Shown: one piece after another, positions 1 to 9,488 of the stretch | Layout of the letters: each line of letters begins with the position of its first letter | Numbering within the stretch: position 1 is the first letter of the stretch | NCBI GenBank assembly: GCA_947313935.1 | Contig: CAMZNW010000121.1 | Span: 1 to 41,839 of the forward strand | DNA: 41,839 nucleotides | Direction of reading: 5' to 3' | DNA from: an uncultured Mollicutes bacterium | Lineage (GTDB): Bacteria > Bacillota_I > Bacilli_A > UBA3375 | Translations under genes and position numbers: made by a program | The notes under the pieces: model-generated | What the model was told of the DNA's origin: nothing | Seen by the model: only the letters and a program-made list of their open reading frames with translations | The model's database searches: none

Positions 1-851
1 GGTGTTGGATTATTTACTAATGTAATCGTATCCCCAACTTGAGTATCTTTAATATTTTTAATTGATGCACTAATCCATCCAACTTCTCCTGCTGATAATT
101 TTTTTCTTTTTTCCTCTTTTGGAGTATTTACACCTAACTCTAAAACTTCATAATCTTTACCAATTGCCATTAATCTAATTTTATCGCCTATTTTTACTTC
201 ACCTTCAAATATACGTACTGAAATCATTATTCCACGATAACTATCATAATATGAGTCAAATATTAACGCTTTTAATGGATTTGAATCTATCCCTTTTGGA
301 GCAGGTATATCTCTAATAATACGTTCTAAAATATCTTTGATTCCAATCCCTGTTTTTCCACTTGCTAATACAGCATCAGTTGCTTCTATTCCAATTACAT
401 TCTCAATTTCATCTTTTACACGCTCAGGATCTGATGATGGTAAATCAATTTTATTTATAATTGGAATTATCTCTAAATCATTGTCCATTGCTAAATAAAC
501 ATTCGCTAAAGTTTGAGCCTCGACTCCCTGAGTTGCATCTACAACTAATAATGCTCCTTCACATGCAGCTAATGAACGAGAAACTTCATAACTAAAATCT
601 ACATGTCCTGGTGTATCGATTAAATGTAACAAATATTCTTCTCCATCTAATCCTATATACTTAATTTGAACAGCATTTAATTTTATTGTAATTCCACGTT
701 CACGTTCTAATTCCATTGAATCTAATAATTGAGCTTTCATATCTCTTTTTTCAACAGTTTTTGTTTGTTCTAAAATACGATCTGCAATTGTTGATTTTCC
801 ATGATCAATATGTGCAATTATGGAAAAATTTCTTATATTTTCTTTTTTCAT
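1..851 (-). CDS. lepA: Elongation factor 4 (LepA), N-terminal ~283 aa; the C-terminus lies beyond the window edge
   Basis: Hand translation of the minus strand from ATG at 851 gives [30 protein letters not shown]...[37 protein letters not shown]...[10 protein letters not shown], the translational GTPase motifs in LepA arrangement. The start forms an ATGA overlap with the coaX stop. Confidence 0.9.
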   Translation of the reverse strand, partial: MKKENIRNFSIIAHIDHGKSTIADRILEQTKTVEKRDMKAQLLDSMELERERGITIKLNAVQIKYIGLDGEEYLLHLIDTPGHVDFSYEVSRSLAACEGALLVVDATQGVEAQTLANVYLAMDNDLEIIPIINKIDLPSSDPERVKDEIENVIGIEATDAVLASGKTGIGIKDILERIIRDIPAPKGIDSNPLKALIFDSYYDSYRGIMISVRIFEGEVKIGDKIRLMAIGKDYEVLELGVNTPKEEKRKKLSAGEVGWISASIKNIKDTQVGDTITLVNNPT

Positions 852-1621
852 AAACTTTTTATCTCTTTCTCTAATAATTGCATTCCATCAATTATTAAAT
901 TTTTATCATATATATATTTATTCCCTAATTCTTTTTCTACTACTTCTAATGTTAATAATTCCACTATATAATTAAAAAATCCACCAGTTACAACTATTTT
1001 ATATTCTTTATTTATAAAATGTTCTTCACATTTGTTAACTAATTTAGCAATTGCACCAAGCATACCAAATATTATTCCATCATTTATTTGTGATTCTGTA
1101 TCTATACATATTCCATCAGTTTGAATATTTTTATAACTATAATTATTTAATTGACTTGCAGCTAGTATTAATGCTTTTTTTGATGTTTCTAAACCCGGGT
1201 AAATATAACCACTTATATATTTTCCATTTTTAATTATATCAATTGAAGTTGCGGTTCCAAGATCTATCACAATACAATTTTTTGAATATTTCATACTAGC
1301 ACTATCAACTATTATTCTATCAGCACCAATATTTTGATAATTTAAATGTTTATAATCCACTACTAAATTATAATATTTATGAGTGAAATTAATAATTGGT
1401 TTATTAAATGATTTAAGAAAATTTTTAACAATTACTTCTACATCTGGTACAACACTCGATAAAAAAAATGATTCAATTTCTTGATTTGTAATTAGTTCTT
1501 TTTTTATATTCATAATTAATTTATTACTACAAGTTGTTTTTACATTTATTTTAGTTTTATCTTTTTTATCTACTTTATAAATCGAGGTTGATGTATTTCC
1601 AATATCGATATATACTTTCAT
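848..1621 (-). CDS. coaX: Type III pantothenate kinase (CoaX)
   Basis: 257-aa [16 protein letters not shown]..., GADRIIVD and [11 protein letters not shown] are characteristic CoaX/ASKHA motifs. GGAG RBS upstream. Stop is TGA. Confidence 0.85.
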   Translation of the reverse strand: MKVYIDIGNTSTSIYKVDKKDKTKINVKTTCSNKLIMNIKKELITNQEIESFFLSSVVPDVEVIVKNFLKSFNKPIINFTHKYYNLVVDYKHLNYQNIGADRIIVDSASMKYSKNCIVIDLGTATSIDIIKNGKYISGYIYPGLETSKKALILAASQLNNYSYKNIQTDGICIDTESQINDGIIFGMLGAIAKLVNKCEEHFINKEYKIVVTGGFFNYIVELLTLEVVEKELGNKYIYDKNLIIDGMQLLEKEIKSL

Positions 1622-1640
1622 TTTTCTCCAATCACTCTTT

Positions 1641-1674
1641 AAAAAAAAACTCCCTATAAATTAAATTTATAGAG
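1641..1674 (-). terminator. Rho-independent terminator after rpsT
   Basis: The minus-strand RNA reads CUCUAUAAAU-UUA-AUUUAUAGGG (10-bp stem with one G-U pair, 3-nt loop) followed by AG and U9. Confidence 0.55.
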
Positions 1675-1682
1675 AACAATAA

Positions 1683-1943
1683 TTACATTGCATTAACTTT
1701 TTTAGTTAAACGTGACTTACTACGAGCAGCTTTATTTTTATGAATTATTCCTTTATTTACAGAAGAATCTAATCTTTTAATTGTTTTATTTAATTCTTTT
1801 TGAGCAACATCTTTATCACCAGAAAGTATTGCAATTTCTAAATTTTTTACTGTTGTTTTTAAAGTACTACGTAATGTTTTATTTCTCATTCTTGCTTTTT
1901 CATTCGTTTTAATTCTTTTTTTTGCTGATTTTATATTAGCCAT
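1683..1943 (-). CDS. rpsT: 30S ribosomal protein S20
   Basis: 86-aa basic ORF MANIKSAKKRIKTNEKARMRNK..., a typical S20 N-terminus. AGGAGA RBS. Confidence 0.95.
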   Translation of the reverse strand: MANIKSAKKRIKTNEKARMRNKTLRSTLKTTVKNLEIAILSGDKDVAQKELNKTIKRLDSSVNKGIIHKNKAARSKSRLTKKVNAM

Positions 1944-1981
1944 TATTTCTCCTATAATTTTTTTATTTTACACACTTAAAT

Positions 1982-1990
1982 ATTATAACA
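1982..1990 (-). promoter_or_regulatory. Extended -10 promoter element TGTTATAAT upstream of rpsT
   Basis: The reverse complement of attataaca is TGTTATAAT, about 40 nt upstream of the rpsT ATG. The same 9-mer precedes dnaN, gyrB and pnp. Confidence 0.45.
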
Positions 1991-2013
1991 TAGATAATTC
2001 AATTAATGTAAAT

Positions 2014-2232
2014 TTAAACAATTGTTATACTAATTTTCTTATTAAAAATAATTTTATCACCACAATAACATTTTTTTCTTTTGCGAAATTCAATTTCTCC
2101 ATTATATAATATATCTTCTTGTTCTATAAAATATCTAATTTCTCCCCCTGAATTTATTAAATCTAAAGTTTTCTATAACTTTGGTAAAGTGATATATTCT
2201 TCACCATTTAAATTATAAGTTAATTTTTCCAT
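2014..2232 (-). pseudogene. yaaA: S4-domain RNA-binding protein YaaA-like, interrupted by an in-frame TAG (2173-2175)
   Basis: Hand translation gives MEKLTYNLNGEEYITLPKL*KTLDLINSGGEIRYFIEQEDILYNGEIEFRKRKKCYCGDKIIFNKKISITIV. It aligns with B. subtilis YaaA (..ITLGQFLKLADVIQSGG...RRGRKLYVGD..). The ATG overlaps the dnaN stop (TAATG). The position downstream of dnaN is conserved. Confidence 0.7.
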
Positions 2233-3359
2233 TATGACAACTTAATTGGAGAAATAACTTGAATATTATTTCGCTCTTTTGTGTCTGTAATTGAAAAAGC
2301 ACTAATTTCATCTACAAAATTCATTTCTAATTTAGTTTCTCCAATTGCATGAATTGCATCCATTAAAAAACGAGGGTCGTATGATATTTCAAAAGGAGTT
2401 CCATGAATTTCTTCAATTGTACATAATTCTTCAATTCCACCTATTTCTCTAAAAAATGATTGTAATAATAATACATCGTTTTTAACTTGTGTTGTTAAAT
2501 TAGAACTATCACGATCTGATAGTAAAATAATTTTTTCTAAAATACGTAATAATTCACTTGAATTAATTATAAAAGAATAAGTTTTTTTTTGAGGAATTAA
2601 ACGTTCTATTACAGGGTATTCTCCTTCTAATAAACGTGTTTTTATTTTTAAATTATTAGTTTTAATAGTTATTTGATTATTGGCAACAAATAATTCAAAC
2701 TCATTAAGTTCAGCAGCTTCTAATATTTTTGTTATATCAGATAATAAATAACGCGGTATTGTAAAATTTACTTGAACATTATTTGGATTAAAAGTTTTTT
2801 CTTTCGTTATTGTTGAAATAGCTAATCTACGAGCATCAGTAGCTCCAACTTTAATAGTTTGTTCAAAAATATCAAAATTTATTCCTGTCAATATTGGTTT
2901 AATTGCATTAATAGCAATTGCATGTTTAGTATGATTATAACAAGTTATTAATGTTTTTGTATCTAATATTAAATGTGATAATTCATTAGTATCAAATTTT
3001 AAAATTGGATAACTAGTATTATCATAAGATAGTAAATTTATTTTTGATTTTGTTGTTTTTAATAAAGTTGAATTTTGATTATCTGAAGATATTGTAATAT
3101 CTTCTTCATTAGTTTTTTTAACAATAGTAATAAATTGACTCCCTGGAATAATCACTGTTCCTTCTTGAATAATTTGGAAATTTTCTTCACAAATATATTC
3201 TATTGCTAAATCAGTTTTAGAAGCACTAAAAGTTACAACATTTTTTTCTGCTTTAATTTTAATTCCTTTTAAACTTTCAATAACAGTTTTTTTTGGTAAT
3301 GCTCTTTCTAAAATATTATTAATTTTTATTAATTCTTCTTTTTGAATTATTATTTCCAT
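2232..3359 (-). CDS. dnaN: DNA polymerase III beta sliding clamp
   Basis: 375-aa ORF directly downstream of dnaA, with three-domain clamp length and the typical N-terminus (..ALPKK..SLKGIKI.A....V.F.A.D..). Confidence 0.92.
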   Translation of the reverse strand: MEIIIQKEELIKINNILERALPKKTVIESLKGIKIKAEKNVVTFSASKTDLAIEYICEENFQIIQEGTVIIPGSQFITIVKKTNEEDITISSDNQNSTLLKTTKSKINLLSYDNTSYPILKFDTNELSHLILDTKTLITCYNHTKHAIAINAIKPILTGINFDIFEQTIKVGATDARRLAISTITKEKTFNPNNVQVNFTIPRYLLSDITKILEAAELNEFELFVANNQITIKTNNLKIKTRLLEGEYPVIERLIPQKKTYSFIINSSELLRILEKIILLSDRDSSNLTTQVKNDVLLLQSFFREIGGIEELCTIEEIHGTPFEISYDPRFLMDAIHAIGETKLEMNFVDEISAFSITDTKERNNIQVISPIKLS

Positions 3360-3434
3360 TTTGCTCCTTTTAATCTATATACTTATAATAATAAATATAA
3401 TAAGTCCGTGAATTGGTGAATAACTTCTTAAACC

Positions 3435-3443
3435 ATTATAACA
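3435..3443 (-). promoter_or_regulatory. Extended -10 element TGTTATAAT upstream of dnaN
   Basis: The reverse complement of attataaca lies in the dnaA-dnaN spacer. Confidence 0.4.
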
Positions 3444-3463
3444 TTAGTTTTTATATTTCACAA

Positions 3464-4837
3464 TCATTGTTTTATTTTGGTCATAATTTGTTCCAAATCA
3501 TTATATTGCGTTTTTAATGTTTCTTTAATTTCATCAGCTCGTTTACATACTTTTGAAGCATTACTATGACCTTTCATTCCTAATTCTAAACCGATTTGTT
3601 CTAGACTTAAACCAAGTTGTTCTTTAAGAAAGATAATACATAAATTTCTTGCATTAACAACAATTGCAGTTCTTTTTTTAGATTTAATATCTTCAACTGA
3701 AATTTTAAAGTACGACGCTATATTTTTAATAACTTCATGTTTAGTTATAGTATTAAAATTACCACTTGTAGCTTTAACACGTGATAATGCCTGATCTACA
3801 GTATAAATATTACCCTCAAAATTATTAGTAATTAAATCTGCTTTAATTGCGTTAGTATATCCTTCTAATTCTCTAATATTTTTAGAATTATCAATAAATA
3901 TTTGAATTGCTTTTTCTTCAAATTCAATATTCATTTCTTGTGCATAATATTGAAATATTTGTGTTTTTGTATCAGTATCAGGATAACGCATCTCTAAAAC
4001 TAAACCTGACATGAATCTAGATAATAAACGTTCTTCAATTTTTAAATTTTTAGGATTAACATCACATGTAATAATGATTAATTTATTATCTTGACGTATT
4101 TTTTCAAAAATAGAAAAAAATTCACTTAGAGTACCTTCTTTTGTTTGAAGCATTTGAATGTCATCAATAATAAAAATATCTAAATTATTATATAAATCTT
4201 TAAATTCTTCTATAGCATTTGTTTTTAAACTATTCCTAAACAATTGGGTATAAGCAGTCGTAAAATCATTAGCATTATTAAATAAAATCGATAAGTTTTT
4301 ATTTAAATCATAAATTTCATTTCCAATTGCATTAACAATATGAGTTTTTCCAATCCCACTATGTCCATGAATAAATAAGGTATTAAATGTTAAAGGTTTT
4401 TCATTTTCAATTTCATCAATCAATAATGAACAAACATCAACGATTTTTTTATTATCATAAGAATAAAAATAATTTGAAAAATGTTTACTTCGATCAAGTT
4501 TTGTACTAGAATAATCCAATTTAGGAATAGGACTATCAATTGTAGGAAGTGTCATAGTATGAGAGTTATTTTGTGCAACATTCAAATTCAAATCATTTGT
4601 GAATACAATTTCTAAATCATTCGAAAAATGAAGATGAATTAAATCAGATAAATTTTTATACACTAATGAATCATGATCATTAAAAATATTTAAAACTAAA
4701 TTATCTACATATATATATATTGTATTATTAACAAGTTCTAAAATACAAGATTTTTCAAATAAAAAAGTTGTAGTAAGTTCTCCCATAATATTTTCAAAAT
4801 CTTCAATGATGTGTTCCCAAGAAAATAACAAACTCAT
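3464..4837 (-). CDS. dnaA: Chromosomal replication initiator DnaA
   Basis: Walker A GHSGIGKTH, a box VII-type region and the C-terminal DNA-binding helix (..NHSTV-like SNASKVCKR..). I place the start at the internal ATG 4837 (MSLLFSWEHII) because GGAGTG lies 5 nt upstream. The ORF-track start at 4864 lacks an RBS. Confidence 0.9.
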   Translation of the reverse strand: MSLLFSWEHIIEDFENIMGELTTTFLFEKSCILELVNNTIYIYVDNLVLNIFNDHDSLVYKNLSDLIHLHFSNDLEIVFTNDLNLNVAQNNSHTMTLPTIDSPIPKLDYSSTKLDRSKHFSNYFYSYDNKKIVDVCSLLIDEIENEKPLTFNTLFIHGHSGIGKTHIVNAIGNEIYDLNKNLSILFNNANDFTTAYTQLFRNSLKTNAIEEFKDLYNNLDIFIIDDIQMLQTKEGTLSEFFSIFEKIRQDNKLIIITCDVNPKNLKIEERLLSRFMSGLVLEMRYPDTDTKTQIFQYYAQEMNIEFEEKAIQIFIDNSKNIRELEGYTNAIKADLITNNFEGNIYTVDQALSRVKATSGNFNTITKHEVIKNIASYFKISVEDIKSKKRTAIVVNARNLCIIFLKEQLGLSLEQIGLELGMKGHSNASKVCKRADEIKETLKTQYNDLEQIMTKIKQ

Positions 4838-5053
4838 AATCACTCCATAATTAAAGTATAACATAAATAGTAGTATTTTACCGAAAATAAAGTAATAATT
4901 ATTTTGATTATTAAATATATTCGTAAAATTGATAGTTCATAAAAATATATTAATAAATTAAATGTAAATTAATATATATAAAAATCATGAAAATATTATA
5001 TATATTAATTTATATGATTTAGTAATTAAATTATACATTTATATCATATTTAA
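4838..5053. other. Divergent dnaA/gyrB spacer; candidate oriC / strand-switch point
   Basis: About 210 bp of almost pure A/T between divergently transcribed dnaA and gyrB. All genes to the left are on the minus strand and essentially all to the right are on the plus strand. No consensus DnaA box is visible by eye. Confidence 0.4.
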
Positions 5054-5062
5054 TGTTATAAT
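5054..5062 (+). promoter_or_regulatory. Extended -10 element TGTTATAAT upstream of gyrB
   Basis: tgttataat lies 19 nt before the gyrB ATG and just upstream of the RBS AAAGAGGTGG. Confidence 0.45.
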
Positions 5063-5080
5063 ATTTATAAAGAGGTGGAT

Positions 5081-6991
5081 ATGTCAACTGATAAAAAACA
5101 TGAAAATTATGGTGCTGAAAATATTGAAGTATTAGAGGGGTTAGAAGCCGTTAGAAAAAGACCAGGAATGTATATTGGAGCTACAAATAAAAAAGGATTG
5201 CATCATTTGGTTTGGGAAATAGTTGATAACTCAATTGATGAAGCTTTGGCTGGTTATGCTTCAAAAATAGATGTAATAATAAATAAAGATAATTCTATTA
5301 CTGTAAAAGATGATGGACGTGGAATACCGACGGGAATACATAAAAAAACTAAAGTTAGTGCACTTGAAACTATCATGACAGTATTACATGCAGGTGGTAA
5401 ATTTGGAGGCGGAGGATACAAAGTTTCTGGTGGATTACATGGTGTAGGAGCATCTGTAGTTAATGCTTTATCAGAGAAAATGACTGTAGAAGTACATCGT
5501 GATGGAGAAGTATTTGCACAAGAATATCATAAGGGAATTCCAGTAGCACCTGTTGCTTTAACAGGAACTACTACAAAAACAGGAACTAATATTACTTTTA
5601 AACCAGATAAAGAAATTTTTCTTGAAACATTAGAATATGATTATGAAATCTTAAAAACAAGATTAAAAGAATTAGCATACTTAAATAAAGGTATTAATAT
5701 ATTTTTGACAGACGATAGATTCGATAATATATCTGATGAATTTAAATTTTCAGGTGGAATAAAAGATTATGTGATTGAATTAAATAAAGGTAAAACAACA
5801 ATTACAAATGAAGTGTTTGTATGTGAGGATGAATCTAATAATATTGTAGTTGATATAGCATTTCAATATAATGATAGTTATCATTCAAATATATTATCCT
5901 ATGTTAATAATATAAAAACTATGGAAGGTGGAACACATGAAGAAGGTTTTAAAACTACTTTAACAAGAACTATAAATTCATATGCCAAAAAGAATAATAT
6001 GTTAAAGGAAGAATCTTTATTAGGAGAAGATGCTCGTGAAGGTATTTTAGCAATTATTTCAATTAAACATCCTGAACCACAATTTGAGGGACAAACAAAA
6101 ACAAAATTAGGAAATTCAGATGCTCGTCAAGCAGTAATAGTGGTTTTAGGAAAGATGCTTGAACGTTATTTATTAGAAAATCCTAAAGAAGCACGCGCTA
6201 TAGTGGAAAAAGGATTATTAGCATCAAGAGCTCGTCAAGCAGCAAAAAAAGCAAGAGAAGCAACTAGAAAAAAAACAGTATTTGAATCGACTTCATTACC
6301 AGGGAAATTATCTGATTGTGCATCAAAAGATCCTGAAGTATGTGAAATTTATATTGTCGAAGGGGAATCAGCCGGAGGAAGTGCAAAACAAGGTCGAGAT
6401 CGTCATCATCAAGCTATTTTACCACTTAGAGGTAAAATATTAAATGTAGAAAGAGCAAGTCAAGATAAGATAGTAGCAAATGCAGAAATTGCAGCAATGG
6501 CATCTGCTTTTGGAGTAGGTTTAGGAAGTGATTTTAATTATAGTAAATTACGTTATAATAAGATAATAATTATGACAGATGCAGATGTTGATGGTGCTCA
6601 TATTCGAACACTTTTATTAACATTTTTATATAGATTTATGAAACCATTAATTGAAAATGGAAATATATATATAGCACAACCACCATTATTTAAATTAAGT
6701 TTTGGAAAAAAAATAGAATATGTATATACAGAAGAACAAAAAAAAGATATGATATTAACTTTTCCAAATCCAGAAAAAGTTAATACACAACGTTATAAAG
6801 GTTTAGGAGAAATGAATCCAGAACAATTATGGGAAACGACAATGGATCCTGAGGTTCGTTCATTAATCAAAATTAATTTAGAAGATGCGATATTAGCAGA
6901 TCAAATTTTTGAAACATTAATGGGAGATGATACTATGCCAAGAAAACAATTTATCCAAAAAAATGCAATGTATGCAAATGTAGATATTTAA
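5081..6991 (+). CDS. gyrB: DNA gyrase subunit B
   Basis: [24 protein letters not shown], the GHKL ATPase motifs, the Toprim EGDSAGG-like [14 protein letters not shown] and [11 protein letters not shown] prefer ATG 5081 over the GTG at 5075 on RBS spacing. Confidence 0.96.
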   Translation: MSTDKKHENYGAENIEVLEGLEAVRKRPGMYIGATNKKGLHHLVWEIVDNSIDEALAGYASKIDVIINKDNSITVKDDGRGIPTGIHKKTKVSALETIMTVLHAGGKFGGGGYKVSGGLHGVGASVVNALSEKMTVEVHRDGEVFAQEYHKGIPVAPVALTGTTTKTGTNITFKPDKEIFLETLEYDYEILKTRLKELAYLNKGINIFLTDDRFDNISDEFKFSGGIKDYVIELNKGKTTITNEVFVCEDESNNIVVDIAFQYNDSYHSNILSYVNNIKTMEGGTHEEGFKTTLTRTINSYAKKNNMLKEESLLGEDAREGILAIISIKHPEPQFEGQTKTKLGNSDARQAVIVVLGKMLERYLLENPKEARAIVEKGLLASRARQAAKKAREATRKKTVFESTSLPGKLSDCASKDPEVCEIYIVEGESAGGSAKQGRDRHHQAILPLRGKILNVERASQDKIVANAEIAAMASAFGVGLGSDFNYSKLRYNKIIIMTDADVDGAHIRTLLLTFLYRFMKPLIENGNIYIAQPPLFKLSFGKKIEYVYTEEQKKDMILTFPNPEKVNTQRYKGLGEMNPEQLWETTMDPEVRSLIKINLEDAILADQIFETLMGDDTMPRKQFIQKNAMYANVDI

Positions 6992-6999
6992 GGAGAAAA

Positions 7000-8853
7000 A
7001 TGAGCGATAAAATCGTTGAGAAGAATATTGTAGATGAGATGTCTAATTCATTTTTAGATTATTCGATGAGTGTAATTATTTCAAGAGCATTACCAGATGT
7101 TCGAGATGGTTTAAAACCAGTTCATCGTCGTATTTTATTTGCAATGAATGATTTAGGTAATTATGCTGATAAACCCTATAAAAAATCTGCAAGAATTGTT
7201 GGGGATGTAATAGGTAAATATCATCCACATGGAGATACGTCAGTATATTCTGCAATGGTTCGAATGGCACAAGAGTTTTCATATAGAAATCCATTAGTTG
7301 ATGGACATGGTAATTTTGGTTCATTAGATGGAGATGGTGCAGCTGCAATGCGTTATACTGAAGCAAGAATGTCAAAATTGGCTATGGAATTATTAAAAGA
7401 TATTCAAAAAAACACAGTGGATTTTATAGATAATTATGATGCAAGTGAAAAAGAACCAAAAGTTTTACCTTCAAGATTTCCAAATTTATTAGTGAATGGT
7501 TCGAGTGGTATAGCAGTAGGAATGGCTACTAATATTCCACCACACAACTTAGGTGAAGTTATTGATGCAATAATTGCATATTTAATAAATAAAGATATAT
7601 CAATTGATGATATAATGATGCATATAAAAGGACCAGATTTTCCATTAGGTGGTGAAATATTAGGAGTTTCTGGAATTGAAAAAGCATATAAAACAGGAAA
7701 TGGAACAATAAAAGTTCGAGGAAAATATAAAGTTTTTGAAGAGAAAAATGGAAAATCTACAATAATATTTTCTGAAATTCCATTTCAAGTTAACAAAGCA
7801 TCGATAGTAGAAAAAATAGCAGAAAATGTTAAGACGCATAAAATTGAAGGGATAACAGCTTTACGAGATGAATCAGATCGAGATGGAATTAGAATTGTTA
7901 TAGAATTATCTCGTGCGGTTTCATCAGATGTAGTAATTAATAAATTATTTAAATATACACAATTAGAAACTAATTTTTCTGCTAATATGTTAGCGTTAGT
8001 AGATGGAAAACCAGAAGTATTAAATATTAAACAATTTATAGAACAATATGTAAAACATCAAGAAGAAATAATTACACGCAGAACACAATTCGATTTAGAT
8101 CGTGCAGCAAAAAGAGCACATATTTTAGCAGGGTTAAAAATTGCACTTGATAATATTGACGAAATAATTAAAATAATTAAAGCATCTCCAACTGATAGTG
8201 ATGCGATTACAGAATTAAGTTCAAAATATCATTTTTCTGAAATACAAGCAAAATCAATTTTAGAAATGAAATTAAAAAAATTAACAGGATTAGAGAGAGA
8301 AAAAATAGATGAAGAATTACAAGAATTAGAAATTTTGATTAAAGAATTACAATTGATACTTGGTTCAATAGAAAAGATACATGAAATAATAAAAGAACAA
8401 TTATTAGAAATAAAAATGAAATATGGTGAGCCTAGACGTAGTATTATTCTTGATAAATATGTAGAAAATGATATAGATTATGAAAAGTTAATAGAAGAAG
8501 AAGAAGTTATAATTACAATAACGGAAGAAGGGTATATAAAACGATTAAAATCCAATACATATAAAATTCAAAATAGGGGGGGAAAAGGTTTAAAAGGAAT
8601 GAATGTTAACGATGAAGATGGTATTTCAAATATTATTTATACATCAACACATTCAGATTTATTATTTTTCACTAAAACAGGAAAAGTATTTAAATGTCGA
8701 GCACATCATATCCCAGAATATTCACGTACTGCTAAAGGTATACCACTTCAAAATTTAATCGATATAGAAGCAGAAGATTACATTAGTAATATAATTTCTT
8801 TGAGAAATATAGAAGAAACAGATTATTTATTTTTTGTTACAAAAAAGGGATAG
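7000..8853 (+). CDS. gyrA: DNA gyrase subunit A, N-terminal 617-aa segment; the frame ends at TAG right after an A6 tract
   Basis: [18 protein letters not shown], the active-site region [10 protein letters not shown], and the first beta-pinwheel blades. Ends ..FFVTKKG* at 8851-8853. Confidence 0.93.
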   Translation: MSDKIVEKNIVDEMSNSFLDYSMSVIISRALPDVRDGLKPVHRRILFAMNDLGNYADKPYKKSARIVGDVIGKYHPHGDTSVYSAMVRMAQEFSYRNPLVDGHGNFGSLDGDGAAAMRYTEARMSKLAMELLKDIQKNTVDFIDNYDASEKEPKVLPSRFPNLLVNGSSGIAVGMATNIPPHNLGEVIDAIIAYLINKDISIDDIMMHIKGPDFPLGGEILGVSGIEKAYKTGNGTIKVRGKYKVFEEKNGKSTIIFSEIPFQVNKASIVEKIAENVKTHKIEGITALRDESDRDGIRIVIELSRAVSSDVVINKLFKYTQLETNFSANMLALVDGKPEVLNIKQFIEQYVKHQEEIITRRTQFDLDRAAKRAHILAGLKIALDNIDEIIKIIKASPTDSDAITELSSKYHFSEIQAKSILEMKLKKLTGLEREKIDEELQELEILIKELQLILGSIEKIHEIIKEQLLEIKMKYGEPRRSIILDKYVENDIDYEKLIEEEEVIITITEEGYIKRLKSNTYKIQNRGGKGLKGMNVNDEDGISNIIYTSTHSDLLFFTKTGKVFKCRAHHIPEYSRTAKGIPLQNLIDIEAEDYISNIISLRNIEETDYLFFVTKKG

Positions 8854-9488
8854 CTAAAAAAATATTATTGTCAGAATTTTCTCGTATTAATAAAAATGGT
8901 AAAAGGGCAATTAAATTAATTGCAAATGATGAAGTTGTCAGTACATTAATTCTTAAAGAAAAAGATAATATAATTATTAGTTCTCATCAAGGAAAAGCAA
9001 TTGTAACTGCACTTAGTAATTATCGTCCTATTGGCAGAACTTCACAAGGAGTTAAAGCAATTACATTAAAAAATGATGATTATATAATTGGTGCCGGTAA
9101 GTTTCAAGAAGATGATATTATATTAACATTAACGGAACGCGGATATGGTAAAGCTACAAAATATGATAAATATAGAGTACAAAAACGTGGTGGAAAAGGA
9201 TTAATAACTATAAAAACATCTGAAAAAAATGGACATGTGGCTGGAATAAAAATTTTAAATCAAAATACTTTAGAAGAAAATGATTTGATACTTATTTCAA
9301 AAATGGGAATTGTTATTAGATTAATCGCTGAAAATATAAAAATTTCTGGAAGAAATACTTCTGGTGTAAAAATGATGAATTTATCTGAAAATGATATTTT
9401 ATCAAAAATTGCAATTGTTTCACGTGAAACAATTAATGAAGAAGGTGAAACAATTAATGAAGAAAGTGAATTCAATGAAGAAAAGTAG
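8847..9488 (+). CDS. gyrA: DNA gyrase subunit A, C-terminal continuation in the -1 frame (remaining beta-pinwheel blades plus acidic tail)
   Basis: The -1 frame from GGG 8847 reads [31 protein letters not shown]...[12 protein letters not shown]...QKRGGKGL...[12 protein letters not shown], which are GyrA CTD repeats. The ORF track lists 8868..9488. Confidence 0.9.
   Translation, partial: GIAKKILLSEFSRINKNGKRAIKLIANDEVVSTLILKEKDNIIISSHQGKAIVTALSNYRPIGRTSQGVKAITLKNDDYIIGAGKFQEDDIILTLTERGYGKATKYDKYRVQKRGGKGLITIKTSEKNGHVAGIKILNQNTLEENDLILISKMGIVIRLIAENIKISGRNTSGVKMMNLSENDILSKIAIVSRETINEEGETINEESEFNEEK
9413..9434. promoter_or_regulatory. 22-bp perfect palindrome AATTGTTTCACGTGAAACAATT inside the 3' end of gyrA, filling the spacer of a TTGCAA-N17-ATTAAT promoter-like element upstream of dac
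   Basis: Read directly from the sequence: arms 9413-9423 and 9424-9434, -35-like 9409-9414, -10-like 9432-9437. The dac ATG is at 9475. The core 14-mer recurs at 10752-10765. Confidence 0.5.
9426..9467 (+). repeat. 21-bp tandem duplication encoding ETINEEG / ETINEES in the GyrA acidic tail
   Basis: gaaacaattaatgaagaaggt followed by gaaacaattaatgaagaaagt, with one mismatch. Confidence 0.9.

Noticed and set aside
5074-5082. GGTGGATAT as a DnaA box (TGTGGATAA-like, two mismatches)
   Set aside because: It coincides with the gyrB Shine-Dalgarno sequence and start region (AAAGAGGTGGATATG). It is a single copy and is most simply explained as the RBS.
9391-9474. N-terminal extensions of ORF-track entries: dac from 9391, rpsZ from 22300, rplO from 24643, yqeG from 13167, yqeH from 13669, the symporter from 39464, dnaA to 4864 and gyrB from 5075
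   Set aside because: The extensions overlap the preceding gene or promoter, lack an RBS and have non-homologous sequence. Internal starts preceded by a good SD give the canonical family N-termini.
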